From the NCBI GenBank assembly GCA_002314795.1, contig DCHI01000044.1, positions 1 to 53,456 on the forward strand: 53,456 bases of DNA, written 5' to 3'. Numbering within the stretch: position 1 is the stretch's first letter; each line of letters opens with the position of its first letter. This document shows positions 1 through 9,601 of the stretch, in pieces. A program made the translations under genes and the position numbers. Source of the stretch: Bacteroidales bacterium UBA1756. Its GTDB lineage: Bacteria; Bacteroidota; Bacteroidia; Bacteroidales; WCHB1-69. The notes under the pieces are model-generated. The model made no database searches and was not told the origin of the DNA. It worked only from the letters and a program-made list of their open reading frames with translations.

Positions 1-31
1 AAATAATTCACATTTTATAGACATTGCCAAA

Positions 32-89
32 GTAGGGACGTCACATTGTGGCGTCCCTATTTTCATTGTGGCGTCTGTGGCGTCCCTAC
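32..89. repeat. REP-like GTAG palindrome with partial tandem copies
   Basis: GTAGGGACGTCACA-T-TGTGGCGTCCCTAT hairpin at 32-60. Partial copies of the right arm follow (CATTGTGGCGTC 64-75, TGTGGCGTCCCTAC 76-89); the last supplies the HNH gene's stop codon. Confidence 0.6.
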
Positions 90-1162
90 AACAATTGCCA
101 TTTTTCGAATCCCATATTTTCTGCAATTTGCAACATAGGAGAAAAGGTTCGGTGATACAATTGATAAAAATCCTCTTTATTCAAAACGGCTAACTCATTC
201 ACGGTGGTTCCAAGTACAGAAAAATCAGAAAGAACCTTGTCCGTTCCTCGCGACGGCATTTGTGAGAAGGCGCGTATGGCCGCACGATGCTGCTCCGCCA
301 TCTTCGGCAAATAGACAGACTCCTCGGGAAGACGATTGCTTTTGGAGGAATTCACCGATGAATCAGACGGGGTCAAATTCCACATCATATCGTGCAGGAC
401 ATAACTCCACGGGACAAAGTGGTCCAGATCGAACTGATTAGGGGTCAGCTTCTTATCGGTGTAAATACAATAAACCTCGTGCCCTGTTTTCATTAAAACC
501 TCCCAGAATGTCCGTTGCGGTTTAAGGTTGCCTCTCTCAATGGGACGAACCAACTTGTTTGCAATGTCAGGGACATTCGGATTCCGTGCCTGCAGAAATA
601 GCATCAGATTCCAATAACAGAAGTCTTCTAAAACGCGGTTGTTCCGTTCCAAATACGAAATCCAACAAGGATTGATTTCAATGTAGAATTCCGGTTTCGT
701 ATGGATGGCATAAAGTGCTTCGTTTTCAAAATGTTGAGATCGTTCAATCATCTCTTTATCCACGGAAGTATGAATCCAAGGGGATAAGAACCTGTAGGGG
801 ACATAGTTCAGTAGCGACAAAAGTTCGTTTTTAAACATCGGGATTTCCATCGAGTGTTCCAAAATGTCACGTACGGAGGAGCGTTCTTCAGCGATAGGAA
901 TATCCAACTGTTTCTGCAAATTGAGGCACGTCTTTCCTAACTGATCGGCGAAACCGAATGAAAGTTTGTAATAATGAATGGGATACCACGCTTGCGCCAC
1001 CATATCGGCAACAATTTCGCGGAAGGAGAACCGACTTCGTTGCGTGCGACGCACCAACTCCAAAATGGCGATGAACCAATAAAACTTATACGTTGCGGTC
1101 GTATTTCGAAACACTTGAGCCAACCGCTGCGTCTGTAATTGATTATCGAATGGAATCGTCAT
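86..1162 (-). CDS. HNH endonuclease with N-terminal helical/winged-helix-like domain (candidate modification-dependent nuclease)
   Basis: 358 aa. C-terminal CIYT...DLDHFVPWS...WNL...NSSKSN HNH signature; N-terminal TYKFYW and VPYRFL motifs. Confidence 0.8.
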   Translation of the reverse strand: MTIPFDNQLQTQRLAQVFRNTTATYKFYWFIAILELVRRTQRSRFSFREIVADMVAQAWYPIHYYKLSFGFADQLGKTCLNLQKQLDIPIAEERSSVRDILEHSMEIPMFKNELLSLLNYVPYRFLSPWIHTSVDKEMIERSQHFENEALYAIHTKPEFYIEINPCWISYLERNNRVLEDFCYWNLMLFLQARNPNVPDIANKLVRPIERGNLKPQRTFWEVLMKTGHEVYCIYTDKKLTPNQFDLDHFVPWSYVLHDMMWNLTPSDSSVNSSKSNRLPEESVYLPKMAEQHRAAIRAFSQMPSRGTDKVLSDFSVLGTTVNELAVLNKEDFYQLYHRTFSPMLQIAENMGFEKWQLL

Positions 1163-1315
1163 ATTTTCATAAAAAAAGCGGGCAAAAATAGCAATAAAAG
1201 AGATTCGTTACACAAAAAAAAGCAGGCGCATTGGTAGCGATATGACAAAGTGTGACATTGTAAAAATAAAGTCAAAAAAAAGCACTTTTGCGACAGGAAT
1301 GTGCAAAAAGAAGCG

Positions 1316-1323
1316 TAAATTTG
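1316..1323 (+). promoter_or_regulatory. Bacteroidetes -7 promoter element for the defence operon
   Basis: TAAATTTG matches TAnnTTTG. It lies ~260 nt upstream of the 1586 ATG; the -33 element is unclear. Confidence 0.5.
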
Positions 1324-1426
1324 CCGCTTCAAACGAATTATTAACACAAAACGAAACATAAGAAACAGACATCATCTAACAATCACATATAAAAAGCGTT
1401 AGCTTTTTGTCCGACCACCTAAAACA

Positions 1427-1553
1427 TCTGGAAAATCTTTTAAGAATAGGACAACGAGTTGATGCTCACGCCTTGCGTGGGCTTACATCGTTTGTTCTAC
1501 GGTTACTCCAGATTACCTTGGTGGCAAACAGGTTAGTTAAGTCCACGTTTTTT
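1427..1553 (+). promoter_or_regulatory. Structured 5' leader (nested hairpin plus alternative pairing ending in a U-tract)
   Basis: Nested complementarity: ATCTGGA/TCCAGAT, TAGGACAACGA/TCGTTTGTTCTA, GCTCACGC/GCGTGGGC. CGTGGGCTTA (1476-1485) can instead pair with TAAGTCCACG (1538-1547), which is followed by T6. Confidence 0.45.
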
Positions 1554-1585
1554 ATGCGCCGCAACCAAAAAAATCTGGAAAAAAA

Positions 1586-2428
1586 ATGGCAAAGGCAACC
1601 TTTTCGGGACACGAGTCTTTTCAATGCAAAAGTCTATGGCTAAAAAAAGGATATGATTACATAATGGCGGAAAAGTCCTTTCATCGTGAGGACGCCGTCG
1701 TAGAACTGGGTGTCGGGAAAAATATGGTCGGTGCCATCCGATTCTGGCTCAAGGCCTTCGATATCGTCGGAGAAAACGATAGCCCGACAGAAATCGGTCA
1801 GTTCATCTTAGGTGACGAAAACGGAGACCCGTTTCTCGAGGACATCGCTACCCTTTGGATTCTTCATTACCTCCTCGTCACAAAAGGAATGGCGACCCTT
1901 TACGGACTGCTGTTCACCGATTTTCACCGAACTCAAAACGAATTTTCCAAAGGCCAACTTCTGACTTTTGTGAAAAGGAAATTGACAGACGAGAATTATA
2001 AAGGCGTCATTTTCAATGAAAATACGGTCAATAAAGATATTGACACGCTTCTAAAGAACTACGTGGAGCCCGTCTTGCACACCAATTACGAGGACTTTTC
2101 CACCCTCCTGCTCCCGCTCAGTCTAATCCGCCGTTCAGACAAAACGACATTCGCATTCAACGACTTGTCGCACGCGCCATTTCCTCCACTCGTCTTTCTT
2201 TTTGCCATCAAACTCAGGACAGATAACGCAAAGGTTGTCGTCTTCAACGACATATTGGAAATCTGCCGCATCTTTTGCCTGACCACCAACGACCTTTACG
2301 AAATTTTTGATTTTCTGCATCAGTGGGACTCCAATATTTCTTTTGACAACACCGCTGGAGAACAGCTGTTTACAATGAACGACGGCCGTTCTTTTATGGA
2401 AATTCTACCTCTCATTTACAACAAGTAA
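1586..2428 (+). CDS. sspB: DUF4007 family protein, SspB-like
   Basis: 280 aa. FSGHESF...WLKKG, LGVGKNMV.AIRFW and DPFLED..TLWILHY are typical DUF4007 motifs. First gene upstream of the ATPase and PAPS-reductase-like genes. Confidence 0.8.
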   Translation: MAKATFSGHESFQCKSLWLKKGYDYIMAEKSFHREDAVVELGVGKNMVGAIRFWLKAFDIVGENDSPTEIGQFILGDENGDPFLEDIATLWILHYLLVTKGMATLYGLLFTDFHRTQNEFSKGQLLTFVKRKLTDENYKGVIFNENTVNKDIDTLLKNYVEPVLHTNYEDFSTLLLPLSLIRRSDKTTFAFNDLSHAPFPPLVFLFAIKLRTDNAKVVVFNDILEICRIFCLTTNDLYEIFDFLHQWDSNISFDNTAGEQLFTMNDGRSFMEILPLIYNK

Positions 2429-2431
2429 CGT

Positions 2432-5400
2432 ATGAAATTCACTCCTTCGGTCAACATTGAACGTGACCAGAATAAACAGCAAGACTACATCGTAACCGCC
2501 AACGCGAAACAAGCCGTGTCCAACATACTCAGCTCTTTCCGAACCGGAGCACACGCCTTTACGCTCATCGGTTCGTACGGAACCGGCAAATCAAGCTTCA
2601 TCCTCGCGATGGAAGAGTGCCTGAAAACCCGTAACGAAAATCCGCACAAACTGCTCAAAGTGGAAGGACAATTCAATGGGTATAAGGATTTTGAGTTCCT
2701 TAATATTGTGGGAGAATATGCTTCGCTTAGCACAATTATTGAAGATAAAATTGAACAAAAAAGTCACAACATCTTCCAAAATTTAGAGCATTATTATCAA
2801 AAAATCAACAAACAAAACAAGTTCTTGATTATCGTAATTGATGAATTCGGGAAGATTTTGGAACACGCCGCGAAGAATGATCCGGAGAAGGAAATGTATT
2901 TTCTTCAGCAATTCACCGAATTTGTCAATGATACGGACAAAAACATTCTTTTGCTAACCACTTTGCATCAAGGGTTTAACGCTTACGCCAAAGGGCTTCG
3001 TACGGAACAGCGCCAAGAATGGAACAAGGTGAAAGGCAGACTTTTGGAAATCGTCTTTCGAGAACCCGTCGAGCAACTGTTGGATTTGGCCGTCCAACGA
3101 ATGGAACGAAAAAACATTCGTTTCATCGGCAAAGAATCGGATACACTGTACGAATTGGGGATTTCGCACAAGTTCTATTTCGACCACCTGAAACGGGAAA
3201 TCGCCCGCAAATTGTACCCGATGGACATCGTAGCGGCCTACACCTTCGTCCAAGCCAATCAACGATATGGACAGAATGAACGGACTTTTTTCAACTTTCT
3301 GCAATCGCAGGGCGACGACTCGTTGGCGGCTTTCGTGCCTCAACCCAAACTGTTGTACAACTTAGTGAATGTTCACGACTACATCACCTATCATTTTCAC
3401 TCTTTTTTGTCTGAAACGAACACTGACTCAGCCAATTGGACCGCCATCCGCATTGCAATGGAAAGAATTGAGGGAAGTGCTTTGACGGAAGAAGAGATCA
3501 AAAAAGGAACGCAAATCATCAAGGTGATTGGATTACTGAACCTATTTGCTTCGTCCGCAGCGGTTATCGACGAAAACTTCATCGTTACATACGCCGAAAA
3601 TGCAATGGGGTTTTCAGATGCCAGCACCATTTTAGATCAACTCATCTCCTTGAATATCATCCGTTTTGCAAAATACAAATCCAAATTTATTCTTTTTGAA
3701 GGAACCGACATCGATATTGACGCCGGAATGATGGAGGCGGAACGAATGCTGTCGAAAGGGACGGACGTCGTCAACAAGTTGAACAGCAATTTCAACTTCA
3801 AGGTCTCGTTAGCCAACGCGTACTATTACAAAATCGGGACGCCGCGTTATTTTGAATACCACATTTCGGAACTCCCTCTCACTCAAATAGAAAACGGGGA
3901 AGCCGACGGCTATGTCAATCTCCTTTTTGCCCAAAACGAAAACCTCAGCGAACTTCGCACGAGTGCACTTCAGCAAACCGGCACAGCCATTCTCTACTGC
4001 ATTTTCAAAAAGTACGCGCCCATCATTGACGCGCTGTTTGAAATCGACAAACTCGTCTGGGTCAAAGAGAATTGGGTGGCCGACCAGAACGACCACATCG
4101 CCCTCCGCGAACTGGACAACCAGATTGCATTTGAGAAGGAGAAACTTTCAAAGAACGTTCTCGACAATCTTTACAATTCGGAAATTGTGGAGTGGATTTT
4201 TAATGGGAAACGCGTCGATGAAATCACCGACGCCCGTTCCTTGATTATCTTTTTATCAAAAATAAGTAACGAAATCTATTCGAAAACGCCCGTTTTCAAG
4301 AACGAATTGGTCAACAAGCACAAAGCGAGTGCCAGCATAGCCACCGCACGTCCCATCTTTCTGAACCGACTTTTGGAAAACGGCGACAAAGAAAACTTAG
4401 GATTTCCGGAAGACAAGTTTCCGCCCGAAAAATCCATCTACTTGTCGCTGCTCAAGCAGAACGGAATGCACCGACAAGACGGAAACAGCTTCACGTTGAA
4501 CGCTCCGGACGAAGCCAACTCCTTCTACCCTCTGTGGAAAGTGTGCGAAGATTTTCTTTCTTCTTCCATAGGAAAACAACGGAAAATCAGCGAACTCATC
4601 GCTTTGCTGAAAAAGCCGCCATTCCGCCTCAAGCAAGGATTTATTGAATTCTGGGTTCCCATCTTCCTCATTATGAAAAAGGAAGATTACGCGCTTTACT
4701 CCAACGGCACCTACATTCCCTACATCACCAAAGAGACGTTGGAACTATTGCAACGCACTCCGAACCAATTCACAGTCAAGGCGTTTCAGATTGAAGGAGT
4801 CAAGTATCAGTTTTTCCAACAATACCGAAAGGCCATTCACCTCAACACGGAGACAGCGCTTTCGGAACGCTCCTTCATTGAAACCATCAAACCGTTTCTG
4901 CTTTTTTATCGGAAATTGAACACTTACGCACGCACTACCAAGAAACTGTCCCCGCAGGCACGAAATTTCCGTGATGTGATTGCCCAGGCCACCGATCCGG
5001 AAAAGACCTTCTTTGAAATTTTACCCGACAAACTTGGTTTCAAGGATGTTATCGTGACACAAAATCCGGAAGCCATCCAAAGTTTTGTCAACGTGTTGGG
5101 AGAAGCCACCCGTGCACTGCGGGAATGTTATGGCGAACTCATTGACACCATTGAAAAGAAGATACTTTCTATTCTGAAAATATCTGAAAAAGAATTTGTT
5201 AGATACAAACCGCTCGTAGATGCACGCTATCGGAACGTGAAAGTGGAACTGATGCCGACCACGATGAAGAATTTTCACACACGCGTCATTTCGCATTGGG
5301 AAGAGAATAAGGGCTGGATAGAATCACTCTGTTACGTCATACTCAACAAGCCGTTGGAACAGATTCAGGATGCAGAACTCCCCTACCTGTTGGCCACGTT

Positions 5401-5641
5401 GCAAGACTATTTTCATCTGTTGGACGACTATGTGGAGATGCACAAAGAGAGTAACGAAAACGTGGTGCGCGTTCACATTACACGGAACAAGGAGAAATCG
5501 CTAACGAAGCAAGTTGTACTCACTACCGAGGCGGTAACGGAACTCGCCGACTTGGAGGCACGCATTGAAAAAGCACTCGGTCAGGATGACTCCCTGAACA
5601 TCAGTGCGCTTCTACAAATTCTGAAAAAGAAAATGGAATAA
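2432..5641 (+). CDS. sspC: Large P-loop ATPase, SspC-like
   Basis: 1069 aa. Walker A GSYGTGKS, Walker B IIVIDEFGK, EWNKVKGR, YGQNERT. Lies between DUF4007 and the PAPS-reductase-like gene. Confidence 0.72.
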   Translation: MKFTPSVNIERDQNKQQDYIVTANAKQAVSNILSSFRTGAHAFTLIGSYGTGKSSFILAMEECLKTRNENPHKLLKVEGQFNGYKDFEFLNIVGEYASLSTIIEDKIEQKSHNIFQNLEHYYQKINKQNKFLIIVIDEFGKILEHAAKNDPEKEMYFLQQFTEFVNDTDKNILLLTTLHQGFNAYAKGLRTEQRQEWNKVKGRLLEIVFREPVEQLLDLAVQRMERKNIRFIGKESDTLYELGISHKFYFDHLKREIARKLYPMDIVAAYTFVQANQRYGQNERTFFNFLQSQGDDSLAAFVPQPKLLYNLVNVHDYITYHFHSFLSETNTDSANWTAIRIAMERIEGSALTEEEIKKGTQIIKVIGLLNLFASSAAVIDENFIVTYAENAMGFSDASTILDQLISLNIIRFAKYKSKFILFEGTDIDIDAGMMEAERMLSKGTDVVNKLNSNFNFKVSLANAYYYKIGTPRYFEYHISELPLTQIENGEADGYVNLLFAQNENLSELRTSALQQTGTAILYCIFKKYAPIIDALFEIDKLVWVKENWVADQNDHIALRELDNQIAFEKEKLSKNVLDNLYNSEIVEWIFNGKRVDEITDARSLIIFLSKISNEIYSKTPVFKNELVNKHKASASIATARPIFLNRLLENGDKENLGFPEDKFPPEKSIYLSLLKQNGMHRQDGNSFTLNAPDEANSFYPLWKVCEDFLSSSIGKQRKISELIALLKKPPFRLKQGFIEFWVPIFLIMKKEDYALYSNGTYIPYITKETLELLQRTPNQFTVKAFQIEGVKYQFFQQYRKAIHLNTETALSERSFIETIKPFLLFYRKLNTYARTTKKLSPQARNFRDVIAQATDPEKTFFEILPDKLGFKDVIVTQNPEAIQSFVNVLGEATRALRECYGELIDTIEKKILSILKISEKEFVRYKPLVDARYRNVKVELMPTTMKNFHTRVISHWEENKGWIESLCYVILNKPLEQIQDAELPYLLATLQDYFHLLDDYVEMHKESNENVVRVHITRNKEKSLTKQVVLTTEAVTELADLEARIEKALGQDDSLNISALLQILKKKME

Positions 5642-5914
5642 CAGTTTCGGGAAATACTTATAAAAATCTTTACGATGATAAACCGCAACAAATCGAATCG
5701 TATTATTTTCAAGCAATTCAAAACCAAAACGATAACGTCCGTATCGAATTCTATACGAATGCTCCGTTCCTTTCAGTTTTTTAACATTGGGTATTTCAGA
5801 GATAGAATGACAATGCTCGCACGTCTGAATCAACTGCACCAAATATTTTTTAACAAAAGGAGAATGGAGTTTTGTAAGGTCTTTCGCAAAATGAGGGGCA
5901 AACTCAACCGTCAT
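5612..5914 (-). CDS. Type II TA toxin, RelE/ParE family
   Basis: 100 aa. F.KDL.KL...KKLKG..SYRIRYGRYR...HRKDFY. Its start overlaps the upstream ORF's stop (ATGA) and its 3' end overlaps the sspC 3' end by 30 nt. Confidence 0.88.
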   Translation of the reverse strand: MTVEFAPHFAKDLTKLHSPFVKKYLVQLIQTCEHCHSISEIPNVKKLKGTEHSYRIRYGRYRFGFELLENNTIRFVAVYHRKDFYKYFPKLLFHFLFQNL

Positions 5915-6111
5915 TTTTCAAGCAATCGAATTATCGTTTCTTTATCAATCTTTTCAGAACAAGTATCTCGCTGCATTTCAGACAATAAGATTCTATCTTC
6001 AATGTCATTAAAAGAAATTTTTTCTCCTTTAGAACGCATTTCATCAACCCATTCTAAAATGGAATCAGCTGTTTGTTTACATATATTTTGAGGAACCACT
6101 ACGTTTTCCAT
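5911..6111 (-). CDS. Putative antitoxin
   Basis: 66-aa acidic ORF translationally coupled directly upstream of the RelE-like toxin, with its own promoter. Confidence 0.7.
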   Translation of the reverse strand: MENVVVPQNICKQTADSILEWVDEMRSKGEKISFNDIEDRILLSEMQRDTCSEKIDKETIIRLLEK

Positions 6112-6129
6112 ATCCGATTAATTTGGGTG

Positions 6130-6137
6130 CAAAGGTA
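6130..6137 (-). promoter_or_regulatory. -7 promoter element of the TA pair
   Basis: Reverse complement reads TACCTTTG(CA), ~20 nt upstream of the antitoxin start. Confidence 0.65.
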
Positions 6138-6189
6138 CAACTAATAATCATAAAATCTCATTGAAACAGAAAAAAATTTACAAAAAATT

Positions 6190-7299
6190 ATGAATAATAA
6201 AGTACGCCACGTTTTAGGTATTTCCGGCGGAAAAGACAGTGCCGCACTGGCCATCTACTTGAAAAACAAGTATCCGGAACTTCCCATTGATTTTTACACT
6301 TGCGATACCAAGTGCGAATTGGCTGAAACAGAACAACTTGTTGAACGGCTCCGCGCCTATCTCGGTCACATCACGACGCTGATGGCCGCACAAGGCAGTC
6401 CGGAGCCCACTCCCTTCGACCATATGTTGAAAGCCCGCGGCGGCTATCTCCCCTCCCCGCAAGCCCGCTGGTGTACCATTCAGATGAAACTGATGGAATT
6501 TGAAAAGTACGTCGGTGACGAGCCCACCGTTTCGTATGTCGGCATCCGCGGCGACGAGGACCGCGACGGGTACGTATCCACCAAGCCCAATATTCAAGCC
6601 ATCTTCCCTTTTCGAAAAAATATTTGGAGCATTGATGTCGTCAATCGGGCACTCCATAACGACAACTTGCAGTTGTTCAACAAATTGTACAAAGAAGCGA
6701 GTACGGAAGAAATCTACACCGAAGCAAAAAAATTCTTGGAAACGCCACTTTCCAAAACTTTTTATTATTCCAAAAAACTCAATGCGCTTTTGGACATTGA
6801 TGTCAAAACATTCAATCACGCGGTTTTTGCATTTCTTAAAACCACCGAACTACCCGTCGGCCAGTTGGACGAATTTCCATTGATTGACAACGATGACGTA
6901 CTGGTCAAAGCGGACATTTTCCGTATTTTGGAAGAGAGTGGAATTGGTGTTCCCGCCTACTACAATCTCATTGACTTTGAAGTAGATGGAAACCACGGGC
7001 AGTACTGTCGGAGTCGTTCGGGGTGCTATTTCTGTTTCTTTCAGCAAAAGATTGAGTGGGTATGGCTTTTGGAACAGCATCCGGACTTGTTTCAGCGGGC
7101 GATGTCGTATGAAAAAGACGGTTACACGTGGATGCCGGGCGAACGGTTGGAGGAGTTGGCGCGTCCGGAGCGAGTACGGCAAATCAAATTGGACCACATC
7201 AAAAAAACGGAAAAGCAGAAAGCGTGCCAGAAAAGTTCACTTCTTGTAGACATCTTCAGCGACGAAGACGAAATACAATGCGCCAACTGTTTCATATAG
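6190..7299 (+). CDS. sspD: PAPS-reductase-family protein, SspD/DndC-like
   Basis: 369 aa. PP-loop SGGKDS, RWCT, GIRGDE, RSGCYFC and a C-terminal CANC. Confidence 0.82.
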   Translation: MNNKVRHVLGISGGKDSAALAIYLKNKYPELPIDFYTCDTKCELAETEQLVERLRAYLGHITTLMAAQGSPEPTPFDHMLKARGGYLPSPQARWCTIQMKLMEFEKYVGDEPTVSYVGIRGDEDRDGYVSTKPNIQAIFPFRKNIWSIDVVNRALHNDNLQLFNKLYKEASTEEIYTEAKKFLETPLSKTFYYSKKLNALLDIDVKTFNHAVFAFLKTTELPVGQLDEFPLIDNDDVLVKADIFRILEESGIGVPAYYNLIDFEVDGNHGQYCRSRSGCYFCFFQQKIEWVWLLEQHPDLFQRAMSYEKDGYTWMPGERLEELARPERVRQIKLDHIKKTEKQKACQKSSLLVDIFSDEDEIQCANCFI

Positions 7300-7321
7300 A
7301 TAAAGTTAAGGAGACAATGCT

Positions 7322-9601
7322 ATGTTAAAAAATGATGTTTCGTGGCCAAATTACCGTCAGTACCGTTCAGGGACGGAATATGAAATCGCAGAATTTTTTT
7401 CCGAAAGCTTGCGCAACAGCTGCACCTTTGATTTCTTTTTAGGATTCTTCAGCTCGTCGGCCATCAATTTGTTAGCGGACAGTTTTGCCACTTTCATTCG
7501 CAATGGCGGAAGAATGAGACTGATTATCAACAACATCCTTTCACAAGAAGACAAAGAAGCCATCATCAAAGGAACGCAGAGGAAAGTAGGTGATTTCATT
7601 GACATTGAGAATCTTGGAGAATTGCGAGACACATTATCCAAAAGGGACAAACATTTTTTTGAATGTCTTTCGTGGTTGATTTCCAATCAGCGCATTGAGA
7701 TAAAGATTGTTAAACCGAAAGGGACGTCCGGCATTTCGCATTCAAAAGAAGGAATGTTCTATGATGGGAACGACTTGGTACATTTTTCGGGCTCGTGTAA
7801 TTTTTCGCGGACAGCCATCATTGAAAATATGGAAACCATCAGTATTGATTGTGGCTGGGATGCAGGGCCGTCGCAGAGCCGGATAGAGAAAGCGAAGAGG
7901 GACTTTGAGCTCACTTTTGGTGGCGGGAATCCGACCGTAGAATATTTGGACAGCCGCGACATCACCACGAATATTTGCACCCTATTTCCCACAACGGGAC
8001 TGGTTGACCTGCTACAACAAGAGAAGGAGATTCTGGACGAGAACTTAGAATCGCCTCTGAATGAGCGCGTTAAGAAAGTTTTGCAACGGGCCCGCAATTT
8101 GACGGACGAAACCATCAGACAAGAATACGACAAAATTGAGACGCCGCATTTTCCATACTACGAAGGGCCGCGCGAATATCAGAAAGAGGCCTTTGAAAAG
8201 TGGAAGGCCAACGGTCAAAAGGGGCTTTTTGCAATGGCCACGGGCACGGGCAAAACCATCACGGCGCTCAATTGCCTTTTAAACATTTACAAGAGCAACC
8301 ACTACTACAAAGCCATCATTCTCGTGCCAACCATCACCTTGGTTGAGCAGTGGGAGGAAGAGTGCAAGAAATTCAAATTCAACCACATCATCAAGGTGTG
8401 CTCGAAATATAGTGACTGGAAGACGGAGATAGAAAATTTGATTTTTGCAATGAAATATGAGCACGATGGGCAAAGTTCACAAAATTTTGTCATTATTTCA
8501 ACGTATGCATCATTTACAAGAGATAATATTTATTCATTGCTAAATAGTTTTGAACGAAACAAAGTGCTTCTGATTGCAGATGAAGCGCATAATATGGGAG
8601 CGCCATCCCTTGTAAAGAAACTTAGAAGTATTAATTATCTTCGGCGAATTGGGTTATCTGCGACTCCAAAAAGGAAGTATGATGAGACTATCAATAGTAA
8701 AATATTCAAATTCTTTGGTTCGGAAGACCACTTTACTTTTGAATATTATATGAAAGAGGCCATTCAGAATGGGGTGCTTTGCCATTATTATTATTACCCA
8801 CATATAGTCCGACTCACGGACACTGAAATGGAAAAGTATATTGAAATCTCTTTAAAAATAGCCAAATATTATAATTACAACACTGGAAGATTTGACAAGA
8901 AGGACGACATCCTTATGGCTTTACTACTTGCCAGGAAAAGAATAATCCATAAGGCGAGCAACAAACTCAATATTTTTAAAGAAATCATTGCCAATCGTTA
9001 CAAAGAAAATGGCAATTTAAAATATTCTCTCATCTATGTTCCTGAAGGAAATAAGCCAGACTATATCGCTGATTCTGACATTTTTGAGACTGACGAACAG
9101 ATTGAAGATGATACCGATACAGAACACCTTATTGATCAATACACAAAAGAAATCAGTGCTTTAGACAAATATATTACAGTCAAAAAATTTGTTTCAGGCA
9201 TCAACGATAGGGAATCCATTCTCGCCAATTTTGCATCTGGGAAAATTCAGGTACTAACATCTATGAAATGTTTAGACGAAGGTGTTGATATTCCACGAAG
9301 CGAGTTAGCCATATTCTGCGCCAGTACGGGAAATCCTCGACAATTCATACAAAGACGAGGACGTATTTTACGAAAGCACCCTGACAAACGAGTCGCTATA
9401 ATACACGATTTAGTGGTTGTTCCCGAAGTGAGTTCATCTTGCCACAGTTATAAAATGGAACAATCATTATTAAAAGGTGAGTTAGAACGCGTGAAAGATT
9501 TTTCCTTGCTTTCTGATAATCCTTCCTACTCTCTTATGGAACTGCAACACATTATGTTCCACTATGGTTTGAATTTATATAACAACACCCACATATTATG
9601 A
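7322..9601 (+). CDS. PLD-domain + SF2 (DEAH) helicase, phosphorothioation-associated restriction type (PbeA-like)
   Basis: 759 aa. N-terminal HSK...GSCN PLD-like motif; helicase motifs PREYQ, MATGTGKT, DEAH, GLSAT, CLDEGVDIP, QRRGR. Confidence 0.8.
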   Translation: MLKNDVSWPNYRQYRSGTEYEIAEFFSESLRNSCTFDFFLGFFSSSAINLLADSFATFIRNGGRMRLIINNILSQEDKEAIIKGTQRKVGDFIDIENLGELRDTLSKRDKHFFECLSWLISNQRIEIKIVKPKGTSGISHSKEGMFYDGNDLVHFSGSCNFSRTAIIENMETISIDCGWDAGPSQSRIEKAKRDFELTFGGGNPTVEYLDSRDITTNICTLFPTTGLVDLLQQEKEILDENLESPLNERVKKVLQRARNLTDETIRQEYDKIETPHFPYYEGPREYQKEAFEKWKANGQKGLFAMATGTGKTITALNCLLNIYKSNHYYKAIILVPTITLVEQWEEECKKFKFNHIIKVCSKYSDWKTEIENLIFAMKYEHDGQSSQNFVIISTYASFTRDNIYSLLNSFERNKVLLIADEAHNMGAPSLVKKLRSINYLRRIGLSATPKRKYDETINSKIFKFFGSEDHFTFEYYMKEAIQNGVLCHYYYYPHIVRLTDTEMEKYIEISLKIAKYYNYNTGRFDKKDDILMALLLARKRIIHKASNKLNIFKEIIANRYKENGNLKYSLIYVPEGNKPDYIADSDIFETDEQIEDDTDTEHLIDQYTKEISALDKYITVKKFVSGINDRESILANFASGKIQVLTSMKCLDEGVDIPRSELAIFCASTGNPRQFIQRRGRILRKHPDKRVAIIHDLVVVPEVSSSCHSYKMEQSLLKGELERVKDFSLLSDNPSYSLMELQHIMFHYGLNLYNNTHIL

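Noticed and set aside
1515-1535. c-di-GMP-I riboswitch (GGCAAAC motif)
   Set aside because: The rest of the aptamer (GAAA tetraloop/receptor, P2-P3 arrangement) is not evident.
1407-1643. 78-aa ORF upstream of sspB
   Set aside because: TTG start, overlaps sspB out of frame and has no recognisable motif. The region is better explained as a structured leader.
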